Shown here piece by piece: positions 40,326 through 53,300 of a stretch of 64,000 nucleotides of DNA. A program made the position numbers and the translations under genes. The stretch comes from Squalus acanthias (Eukaryota), in contig JASTWF010000357.1 in the NCBI GenBank assembly GCA_030390025.1, positions 124,001 to 188,000 of the forward strand, written 5' to 3'. The notes beneath the pieces were generated by a model that was not told the DNA's origin, did not search any database, and saw only the letters and a list, made by a program, of their open reading frames with translations. Each line of letters opens with the position of its first letter. Position 1 is the first letter of the stretch.

Positions 40326-43300
40326 AGGAGGAGACCATTCAGCCCCTCGAACAAGTTACATCGAAATAGGAGGAGGCCATTCAGCCCCTCGAACAAGTTA
40401 CACAGAAACAGGAGGAGGAGACCATTCAGCCCCTCGAACAAGTTACACAGAAACAGGAGGAGGAGACCATTCAGCCCCTCGAACAAGTTACATAGAAACA
40501 GGAGGAGGAGACCATTCAGCCCCTCGAACAAGTTACACAGAAACAGGAGGAGGAGACCATTGAGCCCCTCGAACAAGTTACATAGAAACAGGCGGAGACC
40601 ATTCAGCCCCTCGAAGCTCTTACCCCGCTGGGGAAAAAGGCCACGTAGGTGAGTTTAATGACTCACCTCAGGCCTCTGCCGCTCCAACCAGGTCCGCCCC
40701 TCCTTCCCCGCTGCCGACCGCTCTGTGGGAGAGAGAAAGAAAGAAAGAAAGGCTCCTCCTCCCCCGCTGAAACAGGAGGAGGAGACCATTCAGCCCCTCG
40801 AACAAGTTACATAGAAACAGGAGGAGACCATTCAGCCCCTCGAACAAGTTACACAGAAACAGGAGGAGGAGACCATTCAGCCCCTCGAACAAGTTACACA
40901 GAAACAGGAGGAGGAGACCATTCAGCCCCTCGAACAAGTTACACAGAAACAGGAGGAGGAGACCATTCAGCCCCTCGAACAAGTTACATAGAAACAAGAG
41001 GAGGAGACCATTCAGCCCCTCGAACAAGTTACATAGAAACAGGAGGAGGAGACCATTCAGCCCCTCGAACAAGTTACATAGAAACAGGAGGAGGAGACCA
41101 TTCAGCCCCTCGAACAAGTTACATAGAAACAGGAGGAGACCATTCAGCCCCTCGAACAAGTTACATAGAAACAGGAGGAGGAGACCATTCAGCCCCTCGA
41201 ACAAGTTACATAGAAACAGGAGGAGGAGACCATTCAGCCCCTCGAACAAGTTACATAGAAACAGGAGGAGACCATTCAGCCCCTCGAACAAGTTACATAG
41301 AAACAGGAGGAGGAGACCATTCAGCCCCTCGAACAAGTTACATAGAAACAGGAGGAGGAGACCATTCAGCCCCTCGAACAAGTTACATAGAAACAGGAGG
41401 GGACCATTCAGCCCCTCGAACAAGTTACATAGAAACAGGAGGAGGAGACCATTCAGCCCCTCGAACAAGTTACATAGAAAGCGGAGGAGACCATTCAGCC
41501 CCTCGAACAAGTTACATGGAAACAGGAGGAGGCCATTCAGCCCCTCGAACAAGTTACATAGAAACAGGAGGAGGAGACCATTCAGCCCCTCGAACAAGTT
41601 ACAGAGAAACAGGAGGAGGAGACCATTCAGCCCCTCGAACAAGTTACAAAGAAACAGGAGGAGGAGACCATTCAGCCCCTCGAACAAGTTACAAAGAAAC
41701 AGGAGGAGGCCATTCAGCCCCTCGAACAAGTTACATAGAAACAGGAGGAGGAGACCATTCAGCCCCTCGAACAAGTTACATAGAAACAGGAGGAGGAGAC
41801 CATTCAGCCCCTCGAACAAGTTACATAGAAACAGGAGGAGGCCATTCAGCCCCTCGAACAAGTTACATAGAAACAGGAGGAGGAGACCATTCAGCCCCTC
41901 GAACAAGTTACATAGAAACAGGAGGAGGAGACCATTCAGCCCCTCGAACAAGTTACATAGAAACAGGAGGAGGAGACCATTCAGCCCCTCGAACAAGTTA
42001 CATAGAAACAGGAGGAGGCCATTCAGCCCCTCGAACAAGTTACATCGAAACAGGAGGAGGAGACCATTCAGCCCCTCGATCAAGTTACATGGAAACAGGA
42101 GGAGGAGACCATTCAGCCCCTCGAACAAGTTACATAGAAACAGGAGGAGGAGACCATTCAGCCCCTCGAACAAGTTACATAGAAACAGGAGGAGGAGACC
42201 ATTCAGCCCCTCGAACAAGTTACACAGAAACAGGAGGAGGGGACCATTCAGCCCCTCGAACAAGTTACATAGACACAGGAGGAGGAGACCATTCAGCCCC
42301 TCGAACAAGTTACATAGAAACAGGAAGAGACCATTCAGCCCCTCGAACAAGTTACATAGACACAGGAGGAGGAGACCATTCAGCCCCTCGAACAAGTTAC
42401 ATAGAAACAGAAGGAGGCCATTTAGCCCCTCGAACAAGTTACATAGAAACAGGAGGAGGAGGAGAGAATTCAGCCCCTCGAAGTTACATAGAAACAGGAG
42501 GAGATCATTCAGCCCCTCGAACAAGTTACATAGAAACAGGAGGAGACCATTCAGCCCCTCGAACAAGTTACATAGAAACAGGAGGAGGAGACCATTCAGC
42601 CCCTCAAACAAGTTACATAGAAACAGGAGGAGGAGGAGAGAATTCAGCCCCTCGAACAAGTTACACCGAAACAGGAGGAGACCATTCAGCCCCTCGAATA
42701 AGTTACATAGAAACAGGAGGAGGCCATTCAGCCACTCGAACAAGTTACATAGAAACAGGAGACGACCATTCAGCCCCTCGAACAAGTTACATAGAAACAG
42801 GAGGAGACCATTCAGCCCCTCGAACAAGTTACATAGAAACAGGAGGAGGAGACCATTCAGCCCCTCGAACAAGTTACATAGAAACAGGAGACGACCATTC
42901 AGCCCCTCGAACAAGTTACATCGAAACAGGAGACGACCATTCAGCCCCTCGAACAAGTTACATAGAAACAGGAGGAGACCATTCAGCCCCTCGAACAAGT
43001 TACATAGAAACAGGAGGAGGAGGCCATTCAGCCCCTCGAACAAGTTACATAGAAACAGGAGGAGGAGACTATTCAGCCCCTCGAACAAGTTACATCGAAA
43101 CAGGAGGAGGAGACTATTCAGCCCCTCGAACAAGTTACATAGAAACAGGAGGAGGAGACCATTCAGCCTCTCGAACAAGTTACAAAGAAACAGGAGGAGA
43201 CCATTCAGCCCCTCGAACAAGTTACATGGAAACAGGAGGAGGAGACCATTCAGCCCCTCAAACAAGTTACATAGAAACAGGAGGAGGAGACCATTCAGCC

Positions 43301-46039
43301 CCTCGAACAATTTACATGGAAACAGGAGGAGGAGACCATTCAGCCCCTCGAACAAGTTACATAGAAACAGGAGGAGGAGACCATTCAGCCCCTCGAACAA
43401 GTTACATAGAAACAGGAGGAGGAGACCATTCAGCCCCTCGAACAAGTTACAAAGAAACAGGAGGAGACCATTCAGCCCCTCGAACAAGTTACATAGAAAC
43501 AGGAGGAGGAGACCATTCAGCCCCTCGAACAAGTTACAAAGAAACAGGAGGAGACCATTCAGCCCCTCGAACAAGTTACACGGAAACAGGAGGAGGAGAC
43601 CATTCAGCCCCTCGAACAAGTAACACAGAAACAGGAGGAGGAGACCATTCAGCCCCTCGAACAAGTTACACAGAAACAGGAGGAGGAGACCATTCAGCCC
43701 CTCAAACAAGTTCCATAGAAACAGGAGACCATTCAGCCCCTCGAACAAGTTACATAGAAACAGGAGGAGACCATTCAGCCCCTCGAAGCTCTTACCCCGC
43801 TGGGGAAAAAGGCCACGTAGGTGAGTTTAATGACTCAGCTCAGGCCTCTGCCGCTCCAACCAGGTCCGCCCCTCCTTCCCCGCTGCCGACCGCTCTGTGG
43901 GAGAGAGAAAGAAAGAAAGGCTCCTCCTCCCCCGCTGTCGACGCTGGTCTGAGGCCTACCTGAGCCTCGGGCCTCCCTTAAATGACTCACCTCAGGCCTC
44001 TGCCGCTCCAACCAGGTCCGCCCCTCCTTCCCTGCTGCCGACCGCTCTGTGGGAGAGAAAGAAAGAAAGGCTCCTCCTCCCCCGCTGAAACAGGAGGAGA
44101 CCATTCAGCCCCTCGAACAAGTTACATAGAAACAGGAGGAGGAGGCCATTCAGCCCCTCGAACAAGTTACATAGAAACAGGAGGAGGAGACCATTCAGCC
44201 CCTCAAACAAGTTACATAGAAACAGGAGGAGACCATTCAGCCCCTCGAACAAGTTACATATAAACAGGAGGAGACCATTCAGCCCCTCGAACAAGTTACA
44301 TAGAAAGAGGAGGAGGAGACCATTCAGCCCATCGAACAAGTTACAGAGAAACAGGAGGAGGAGACCATTCAGCCCCTCGAACAAGTTACAAAGAAACAGG
44401 AGGAGGAGACCATTCAGCCCCTCGAACAAGTTACATAGAAACAGGAGGAGGAGACCATTCAGCCCCTCGAACAAGTTACATAGAAACAGGAGGAGGAGAC
44501 CATTCAGCCCCTCGAACAAGTTACATAGAAACAGGAGGAGACCATTCAGCCCCTCGAACAAGTTACAAAGAAACAGGAGGAGGAGACCATTCAGCCCCTC
44601 GAACAAGTTACATAGAAACAGGAGGAGACCATTCAGCCCCTCGAACAAGTTACATAGAAACAGGAGGGGACCATTCAGCCCCTCGAACAAGTTATAAAAA
44701 CAGGAGGAGGAGACCATTCAGCCCCTCGAACAAGTTACATAGAAACAGGAGGAGGAGACCATTCAGCCCCTCGAACAAGTTACATAGAAACAGGAGGAGG
44801 AGACCATTCAGCCCCTCGAACAAGTGGAGGAGGAGACCATTCAGCCCCTCGAACAAGTTACAGAGAAACAGGAGGAGGAGACCATTCAGCCCCTCGAACA
44901 AGTTACATAGAAACAGGCGGAGACCATTCAGCCCCTCGAACAAGTTACAGAGAAACAGGAAACCACCATTCAGCCCCTCGAACAAGTTACATAGAAACAG
45001 GAGGAGGCCATTCAGCCCCTCGAACAAGTTACATCGAAACAGGAAACCACCATTCAGCCCCTCGAACAAGTTACATAGAAACAGGAGGAGGCCATTCAGC
45101 CCCTCGAACAAGTTACATAGAAACAGGAGGAGGAGACCATTCAGCCCCTCGAACAAGTTACACAGAAACAGGAGGAGGAGACCATCCAGCCCCTCGAACA
45201 AGTTACATAGAAACAGGAGGAGGAGACCATTCAGCCCCTCAAACAAGTTACATAGAAACAGGAGGAGGAGACCATTCAGCCCCTCAAACAAGTTACATAG
45301 AAACAGGAGGAGGAGACCATTCAGCCCCTCAAACAAGTTACATAGAAACAGGAGGAGACCATTCAGCCCCTCGAACAAGTTGCATAGAAACAGGCGGAGA
45401 CCATTCAGCCCCTCGAACAAGTTACACAGAAACAGGAGGAGGAGACCATTCAGCCCCTCGAACAAGTTACATAGAAACAGGAGGAGGAGACCATTCAGCC
45501 CCTCGAACAAGTTACATAGAAACAGGAGGAGGAGATCATTCAGCCCCTCGAACAAGTTATAGAAACAGGAGGAGGCCATTCAGCCCCTCGAACAAGTTAC
45601 ATTGAAACAGGCGGAGACCATTCAGCCCCTCGAACAAGTTACATAGAAACAGGCGGAGACCATTCAGCCCCTCGAACAAGTTACATAGAAACAGGAGGAG
45701 GAGATCATTCAGCCCCTCGAACAAGTTACATAGAAACAGGAGGAGACCATTCAGCCCCTCGAACAAGTTACATAGAAACAGGCAGAGACCATTCAGCCCC
45801 TCGAACAAGTTACAGAGAAACAGGAGGAGGAGACCATTCAGCCCCTCGAACAAGTTACATAGAAACAGGAGGAGGAGATCATTCAGCCCCTCGAACAAGT
45901 TACATGGAAACAGGAGGAGGAGACCATTCAGCCCCTCGAACAAGTTACATAGAAACATAGAAAATAGGTACAGGAGTAGACCATTCGGTCCTTCGAGCCT
46001 GCACCGCCATTCAATGCGTTCATGGCTGAACATGCTACC

Positions 46040-48976
46040 TCAGTACCCCATTCCTGCTTTCTCGCCATACCCCTTGATCCCCCTAGATGTGAGTGTTATA
46101 TCTAACTCCCTTTTGAATATATTTAGCGAACTGGCCTCAACAACCTTCTGTGGAAGAGAATTCCATAGATTCACCACTCTCTGGGTGAAGAAGTTCCTCC
46201 TCAGCTCAGCCTTAAATGGCTTCCCCTTAATCCTTGGACTGTGACCCCTGGTTCTAGTTTTCCCTAACATTGGGAACATTCTGCCCGCATCTAATTTGTC
46301 TAAACCAGTCAGGATTTTAATTGTCTCTTTTAGATCCCCCCTCATTCTTCTCAACTCCAGAGGATACAAGTTCAGTTGACCCAATCTTTCTTGATATGTC
46401 AGTCCGGCCATCCCAGGAATCAATCTAGTGAACCTTCGCTGCACTCCCTCAATAGCAAGAATGTCCTTCCTTAAGTTAGGAGACCAAAACTGCGCACAAT
46501 ACTCCAGGTGTGGCCTCACCAAGGCCCTGTAAAACTGCAGCATCACCTCCCTACTCCTGTACTCAAATCCCCTTACTATGAAGGCCATCATTCCGTTTGC
46601 TTTCTTGACTGACTGCTGCACTTGCATTCCCACCTTCAGTGACTGATGTACCATGACGCCCAGGTCTCGTTGCACCTCCCCTTTCCCGAATTTGCCACCA
46701 TTCAGGTAATAGTACGCCTCTCTATTTTTACCACCAAAGTGGATAACCTCACATTTATCCACATTGTACTTCATCTGCCATACATTTGCCCATTCACGCA
46801 ACCTGTCCAAGTCACTCTGTAGCCTCCTAGCATCCTCCTCATTGTTCACACTGCCTCCCAATTTAGTGTCATCCACAAATTTGGAGATATTACATTTAAT
46901 CCCTTCGTCCAAATCATTAATATATAATGTAAACAGCTGGGGTCCCAGCACCGAACCCTGCGGTACCCCGCTGGTCACTGCCTGCCATTCTGAAAAGTAC
47001 CCATTTACTCCTACTCTTTGTTTCCTGTCTGCCAACCAGTTCTCAATCCACGTCAACACATTACCCCCAATCCCATGTGCTTTAACTTTGCTCGCCAATC
47101 TCTTGTGTGGGACCTTGTCGAAGGCCTTCTGAAAGTCCAAATACACCACATCTACTGGTTCCCCCCTGTCCACCCTATTGGAAACATCCTCAAAAAATTC
47201 CAGAAGATTTGTCAAGCATGATTTCCCTTTCACAAATCCATGCTGACTTGGACCTATCATGTCGCCACTTTCCAAATGGTCTGTTATGACATCTTTAATA
47301 ATTGCTTCCATCATTTTACCCACGACCGATGTCAGGCTGACCGGTCTATAATTCCCTGCTTTCTCCCTCCCTCCTTTTTTAAAAAGAGGGGTTACATTGG
47401 CCACCCTCCACTCCATCGGAACTGATCCAGAGTCTAAGGAATGTTGGAAAATGATCGTCAATGCATCCACTATTTCCAAGGCCACCTCCTTAAGTACTCT
47501 GGGATGCAGACCATCAGGCCCCGGGGATTTTTCAGCCTTCAGTCCCATCAATTTCCCCAATACCTTTTCCCGACTAATAAGGATTTCCCTCAGCTCCTCC
47601 CTCTTACCAGATCCTCTGACCCCTTTTATTTCCGGCAGGTTGTGTGTGTCCTCCACAGGAAACACCGAACCAAAGTACTTGTTCAATTGATCTGCCATTT
47701 CCTTGTTCCCCATTATGACTTCCCCTGTTTCTGACTGCAGGGGACCTACATTTGTTTTTACTAACCTCTTTCTTTTTACATATTTATAGAAGCTTTTGCA
47801 GTCCATTTTAATGTTCTCTGCAAGCTTCCTTTCATATTTTATTTTCCCTGCCCTAATCAAACGCTTCGTCCTCCTCTGCTGAGTTTTGAAGTTCTCCCAG
47901 TCCCCGGGTTTGCTGCTACTTCTGGCCAATTTGTATGCAACTTCCTTGGTTTTAATACTATCCCTGATTTCCCTCGTTAGCCATGGTTGAGCCACCTTCC
48001 CTTTTTTATTTTTACGCCAGACCGGGATGTACAATTGTTGTAGTTCATCCATGCGATCTCTAAATGTCTGCCATTGCCCTTCCACTGATAGCCCCTTAAA
48101 TATCGCTTGCCAATTTAACCTCGCCAATTCACGCCTCATACCCTCAAAGTTGCCCTTATTTAAGTTCTGGACCCTGGTCTCTGACTTAACTGTTTCCTTC
48201 TCCATCCTAATGTAGAACTCCACCATACTATGGTCACTCTTCCCCAGGGGGCCTCGTACCACAAGATTGCTGATTAGTCCTTCCTCATTGCACAACACCC
48301 AGTCCAGGATGGCCTCCCCTCTAGTTGGTTCCTCAACATATTGGTTTAGGAAACCATCCCTTAAACACTCCAGGAAATCCTCCTCCACCGTATTGCTTCC
48401 AGTTTGAGTAGCCCAATCTATATGCATATTAAAGTCACCCATGATAACTGCCGTGCCTTTTTTGCACGCACCTCTGATTTCCTGTTTCATACCCTCCCCC
48501 ACCTCACTACTGCTGTTTGGAGGTCTGTACACAACTCCCACTAACGTTTTCTGCCCTTTGGTGTTCTGCAGCTCAACCCATATTGATTCCACATCCTCCA
48601 AGCTGATGTCCTTCCTAGCTATTGCATTAATCTCCTCTTTAACCAGCAATGCTACCCCACCCCCTTTTCCTTTTATTCTATCCTTTCTGAATGTTGAATA
48701 CCCCTGGATGTTCAGTTCCCAGCCTTGATTGTTCTGGAGCCACGTCTCTGTAATCCCAATCACATCGTATCCGTTAACATCTATTTGCACAGTCAATTCA
48801 TCCACCTTATTACGGATACTCCTTGCATTAAGACACAGAGCCTTTAGGCTTATTTTATTAACATCCTTTGTCCTTTTAGACTTCTGATTTAGTATGGCCC
48901 TTTGTGTTTCTTGCCTTTGTTTACTCGGCCTTCCCCTATTGTTTCTCACCCTTCTAACATTTGTTTCTGACTGCAT
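46040..48976 (-). CDS. CR1 ORF2p (APE + RT), open 978 aa, FVDD variant of the catalytic motif
   Basis: Same motifs as copy 1, with a C-terminus GIKGYGEKAG similar to CR1-B. FADD is changed to FVDD. Confidence 0.93.
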   Translation of the reverse strand: MQSETNVRRVRNNRGRPSKQRQETQRAILNQKSKRTKDVNKISLKALCLNARSIRNKVDELTVQIDVNGYDVIGITETWLQNNQGWELNIQGYSTFRKDRIKGKGGGVALLVKEEINAIARKDISLEDVESIWVELQNTKGQKTLVGVVYRPPNSSSEVGEGMKQEIRGACKKGTAVIMGDFNMHIDWATQTGSNTVEEDFLECLRDGFLNQYVEEPTRGEAILDWVLCNEEGLISNLVVRGPLGKSDHSMVEFYIRMEKETVKSETRVQNLNKGNFEGMRRELARLNWQAIFKGLSVEGQWQTFRDRMDELQQLYIPVWRKNKKGKVAQPWLTREIRDSIKTKEVAYKLARSSSKPGDWENFKTQQRRTKRLIRAGKIKYERKLAENIKMDCKSFYKYVKRKRLVKTNVGPLQSETGEVIMGNKEMADQLNKYFGSVFPVEDTHNLPEIKGVRGSGKREELREILISREKVLGKLMGLKAEKSPGPDGLHPRVLKEVALEIVDALTIIFQHSLDSGSVPMEWRVANVTPLFKKGGREKAGNYRPVSLTSVVGKMMEAIIKDVITDHLESGDMIGPSQHGFVKGKSCLTNLLEFFEDVSNRVDRGEPVDVVYLDFQKAFDKVPHKRLASKVKAHGIGGNVLTWIENWLADRKQRVGVNGYFSEWQAVTSGVPQGSVLGPQLFTLYINDLDEGIKCNISKFVDDTKLGGSVNNEEDARRLQSDLDRLREWANVWQMKYNVDKCEVIHFGGKNREAYYYLNGGKFGKGEVQRDLGVMVHQSLKVGMQVQQSVKKANGMMAFIVRGFEYRSREVMLQFYRALVRPHLEYCAQFWSPNLRKDILAIEGVQRRFTRLIPGMAGLTYQERLGQLNLYPLELRRMRGDLKETIKILTGLDKLDAGRMFPMLGKTRTRGHSPRIKGKPFKAELRRNFFTQRVVNLWNSLPQKVVEASSLNIFKRELDITLTSRGIKGYGEKAGMGY

Positions 48977-49023
48977 ATTACTTACCCCTGTTTCGCTACA
49001 TAGGTTCCCCTTCCCCTGCCATA

Positions 49024-49958
49024 TTAGTTTAAATCCTCCCGAACTGCTTTAGCAAATATTACCCCGAGGACATCGGTTCCAGTCCTGCCCAAGTGCAGAC
49101 CGTCCCTTTTGTACAGGTGCCACTTCCCCCAGAACTGGTTCCAATGCCTCAGGAATTTGAATCCCTCCCTCCTGCACCACTGCTCAAGCCACATATTCAA
49201 TCTCACTATCCTGTTCTCTCTATTCTGATTAGCACGTGGCCCTGGTAGCAATCCAGAGATTACTACCTTAGAGGTCCTACTTTTTAAATTTAGCTCCTAG
49301 CTCCCTAAATTCTGCTTGTAGGACCTCTTCCCGCTTTTTACCTATATTGTTGGTACCTACATGCACCACGACAGCTGGCTGTTCACCCTCCCTCTTCAGA
49401 ATGTTCTGCAGCCGCTCCGAGACATCCTTGACCCTTGCACCAGGGAGGCAACATACCATCCTGCAATCTCTGTTGCGGCCACAGAAACTCCTGTCTATTC
49501 CCCTTACAATCGAGTCCCCTATCACTATAGCCCGACCACTCTTTTTCCCGCCCTGCTGTGCAGCAGAGCCAGCCATGGTGCCATGAACCTGGCTGCTGGT
49601 GCCTTCCCCTGGTAGGCCATCTCCCCCAACAGTATCCAAAGCGGCATACCTGTTTTGGAGGGAGATGACCACAGGGGATTCCTGCACTACCTTCCTGATA
49701 TTGCCCTGCTTCTTGGTCACCCATTCACTGTCTGTCCTAGCCTTTACCTGCGGTGTGGACAACTCACTAAATGAGCGATTCACGGAGTTCTCGGCATCGC
49801 GCATCCTCCAGAGTGAGTCCACCCGCAGCTCCAGCACCGCCATGCGGGCTGTCAGGAGCTGCAGCTGGACACACTTCCCGCACATGTAGTTGTCAGGGAC
49901 ACTGGAAGTCCCACATGGCACAGGAGGAGCATGAAACGGGTCCGAGACTTCCTGTCAT
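49024..49958 (-). pseudogene. CR1 ORF1, two frameshifts
   Basis: Shares the N-terminal frameshift with copy 1. An additional 1-bp insertion near 49287 splits the esterase domain (ORFs 49277-49921 and 49024-49251). Confidence 0.85.
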
Positions 49959-50354
49959 GACTTAACACTTATGTTACTTTATTACTAAAATTTAAACTTA
50001 TTTATCTTAGGTCCAGGAGTTAAGTCCCTGAAAACAAAATATAAAATCGAACCTACCTTTTAAATTCCCTCTACCCCTAAAGGTTAGAGGAGGTGGGAGG
50101 GTAGGAGTCACTACTAGTGTAGTGTCTCGGGTTTAGCAACCGCTCCACCTATATACGGGTACCACTAAATTGGCCCCGCCCCCTGCCTTTGAAAAAGCCC
50201 GCGAAGCTCTGACCCCGCTGGGGAAAAAGGCCACGTAGGTGAATTTAATGACTCACATCAGGCCTCTGCCGCTCCAGCCAGGTCCGCCCCTCCTTCCCCG
50301 CTGCCGACCGCTCTGTGGGAGAGAGAAAGAAAGAAAGGCTCCTCCTCCCCCGCT

Positions 50355-53300
50355 GAAACAGGAGGAGACCATTCAGCCCCTCGAACAAGTTGCACAGAAA
50401 CAGGAGGAGGAGGCCATTCAGCCCCTCGAACAAGTTACATGGAAACAGGAGGAGGAAAACGTTCAGCCCCTCGAACAAGTTACATAGAAACAGGAGGAGG
50501 AGACCATTCAGCCCCTCGAACAAGTTACATAGAAACAGGAGGAGACCATTCAGCCCCTCGAACAAGTTACACAGAAACAGGCGGAGACCATTCAGCCCCT
50601 CGAACAAGTTCCATAGAAATAGGAGGAGACCATTCAGTCCCTCGAACAAGTTACATAGAAACAGGAGGAGAACATTCAGCCCCTCGAAGCTCTTACCCCG
50701 CTGGGGAAAAAGACCACGTAGGTGAATTTAATGACTCACCTCAGGCCTCTGCCGCTCCAACCAGGTCCGCCCGTCCTTCCCCGCTGCCGACCGCTCTGTG
50801 GGAGAGAGAAAGAAAGAAAGGCTCCTCCTCCCCCGCTGAAACAGGAGGAGACCATTCAGCCCCTCGAACAAGTTACACAGAAACAGGAGAAGGAGACCAT
50901 TCAGCCCCTCGAACAAGTTACATAGAAACAGGAGGAGGAGACCATTCAGCCCCTCGAACAAGTTACATAGAAACAGGAGAAGGAGACCATTCAGCTCCTC
51001 GAACAAGTTACATAGAAACAGGAGGAGACCATTCAGCCCCTCGAACAAGTTACATAGAAACAGGAGGAGGAGACCATTCAGCCCCTCGAACAAGTTACAC
51101 GGAAACAGGAGGAGGAGACCATTCAGCCCCTCGAACAAGTTACATAGAAACAGGCGGAGACCATTCAGCCCCTCGAACAAGTTACATAGAAATAGGAGGA
51201 GACCATTCAGCCCCTCGAACAAGTTACATAGAAACAGGAGGAGGAGACCATTCAGCCCCTCGAACAAGTTACATAGAAACAGGAGGAGGAGACCATTCAG
51301 CCCCTCGAACAAGTTACATAGAAACAGGCGGAGACCATTCAGCCCCTCGAAGCTCTTACCCCGCTGGGGAAAAAGGCCACGTAGGTGAGTTTAATGACTC
51401 ACCTCAGGCCTCTGCCGCTCCAACCAGGTCCGCCCCTCCTTCCCCGCTGCCGACCGCTCTGTGCGAGAGAGAAAGAAAGAAAGGCTCCTCCTCCCCCGCT
51501 GTCGACGCTGGTCTGAGGCCTACCTGAGCCTCGGGCCTCCCATTAATGACTCACCTCAGGCCTCTGCTGCTCCAACCAGGACCGCCCCTCCTTCCCCGCT
51601 GCCGACCGCTCTGTGGGAGAGAGAAAGAAAGAAAGGCTCCTCCTCCCCCGCTGAAACAGGAGGAGACCATTCAGCCCCTCGAACAAGTTACATAGAAACA
51701 GGAGGAGGTGACAATTCAGCCCCTCGAACAAGTTACATAGAAACAGGGGGAGACCATTCAGCCACCGAACAAGTTACATAGAAACAGGAGGAGACCATTC
51801 AGCCCCTCGAACAAGTTACATAGAAACAGGAGGAGGAGACCATTCAGCCCCTCGAACAAGTTACATGGAAACAGGAGGAGGAGACCATTCAGCCCCTCGA
51901 ACAAGCGAAGCTCTTACCCCGCTAGGGAAAAAGACCACGTAGGTGAGTTTAATGACTCACCTCAGGCCTCTGCCGCTCCAACCAGGTCCGCCCCTACTTC
52001 CCCGCTGCCGACCGCTCTGTGGAAGGGAGAAAGAAAGAAAGGCTCCTCCTCCCCCGCTGAAACAGGAGGAGACCATTCAGCCCCTCGAACAAGTTACATA
52101 GAAACAGGAGGAGGAGACCATTCAGCCCCTCGAACAAGTTACATAGAAACAGGAGGAGGTGACCATTCAGCCCCTCGAACAAGTTACATAGAAACAGGAG
52201 GAGGAGACCATTCAGCCCCTCGAACAAGTTACATAGAAACAGGCGGAGACCATTCAGCCCCTCGAACAAGTTACATAGAAACAGGCGGAGACCATTCAGC
52301 CCCTCGAACAAGTTACATAGAAACAGGCGGAGACCATTCAGCCCCTCGAACAAGTTACATAGAAACAGGAGGAGGAGACCATTCAGCCCCTCGAACAAGT
52401 TACATATAAACAGGAGGAGGAGACCATTCAGCCCCTCGAACAAGTTACATATAAACAGGAGGAGGAGACCATTCAGCCCCTCGAACAAGTTACAGAGAAA
52501 CAGGAGGAGGAGACCATTCAGCCCCTCGAACAAGTTACATAGAAACAGGAGGAGGAGACCATTCAGCCCCTCCAACAAGTTACATAGAAACAGGAGGAGG
52601 AGACCATTCAGCCCCTCGAACAAGTTACATAGAAACAGGAGGAGGAGACCATTCAGCCCCTCCAACAAGTTACAGAGAAACAGGAGGAGGCCATTCAGCC
52701 CCTCGAACAAGTTACATAGAAACAGGAGGAGGAGACCATTCAGCCCCTCGAACAAGTTACATATAAACAGGAGGAGGAGACCATTCAGCCCCTCGAACAA
52801 GTTACATATAAACAGGAGGAGGAGACCATTCAGCCCCTCGAACAAGTTACATAGAAACAGGAGGAGGAGACCATTCAGCCCCTCGAACAAGTTACAGAGA
52901 AACAGGAGGAGGAGACCATTCAGCCCCTCAAACAAGTTACACAGAAACAGGAGGAGGAGACCATTCAGCCCCTCGAACAAGTTACATAGAAACAGGAGGA
53001 GGAGACCATTCAGCCCCTCCAACAAGTTACATAGAAACAGGAGGAGGAGACCATTCAGCCCCTCGAACAAGTTACATAGAAACAGGAGGAGGAGACCATT
53101 CAGCCCCTCGAACAAGTTACATAGAAACAGGAGGAGGCCATTCAGCCCCTCGAACAAGTTACAGAGAAACAGGAGGAGGCCATTCAGCCCCTCGAACAAG
53201 TTACAGAGAAACAGGAGGAGGAGACCATTCAGCCCCTCGAACAAGTTACATAGAAACAGGAGACCACCATTCAGCCCCTCGAACAAGTTACATAGAAACA

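Larger units (their letters stand above)
20750..41160. repeat. Higher-order triplication (periods 6685 and 6152 bp) carrying the CR1-B fragment; boundaries approximate
   Basis: Three CR1-B copies with identical junctions and the same flanking order of modules and monomer variants. Confidence 0.88.
4404..45957. repeat. Composite satellite array 1: 42/45-bp monomer ACATAGAAACA(GGA)2-3GACCATTCAGCCCCTCGAACAAGTT with interspersed ~150-bp modules
   Basis: Hundreds of head-to-tail monomers, with length variation mostly in GGA steps. About 32 modules (e.g. ~5526, 6502, 7476, 7970, 11195 ... 40613, 43785). Three CR1-B inserts. Confidence 0.98.
45958..50354 (-). mobile_element. CR1 subfamily A, copy 2 (near full length)
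   Basis: Almost identical to 7-4403 at offset 45951. GAAACA at 45952-45957 and 50355-50360 splits one satellite monomer. Confidence 0.95.
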
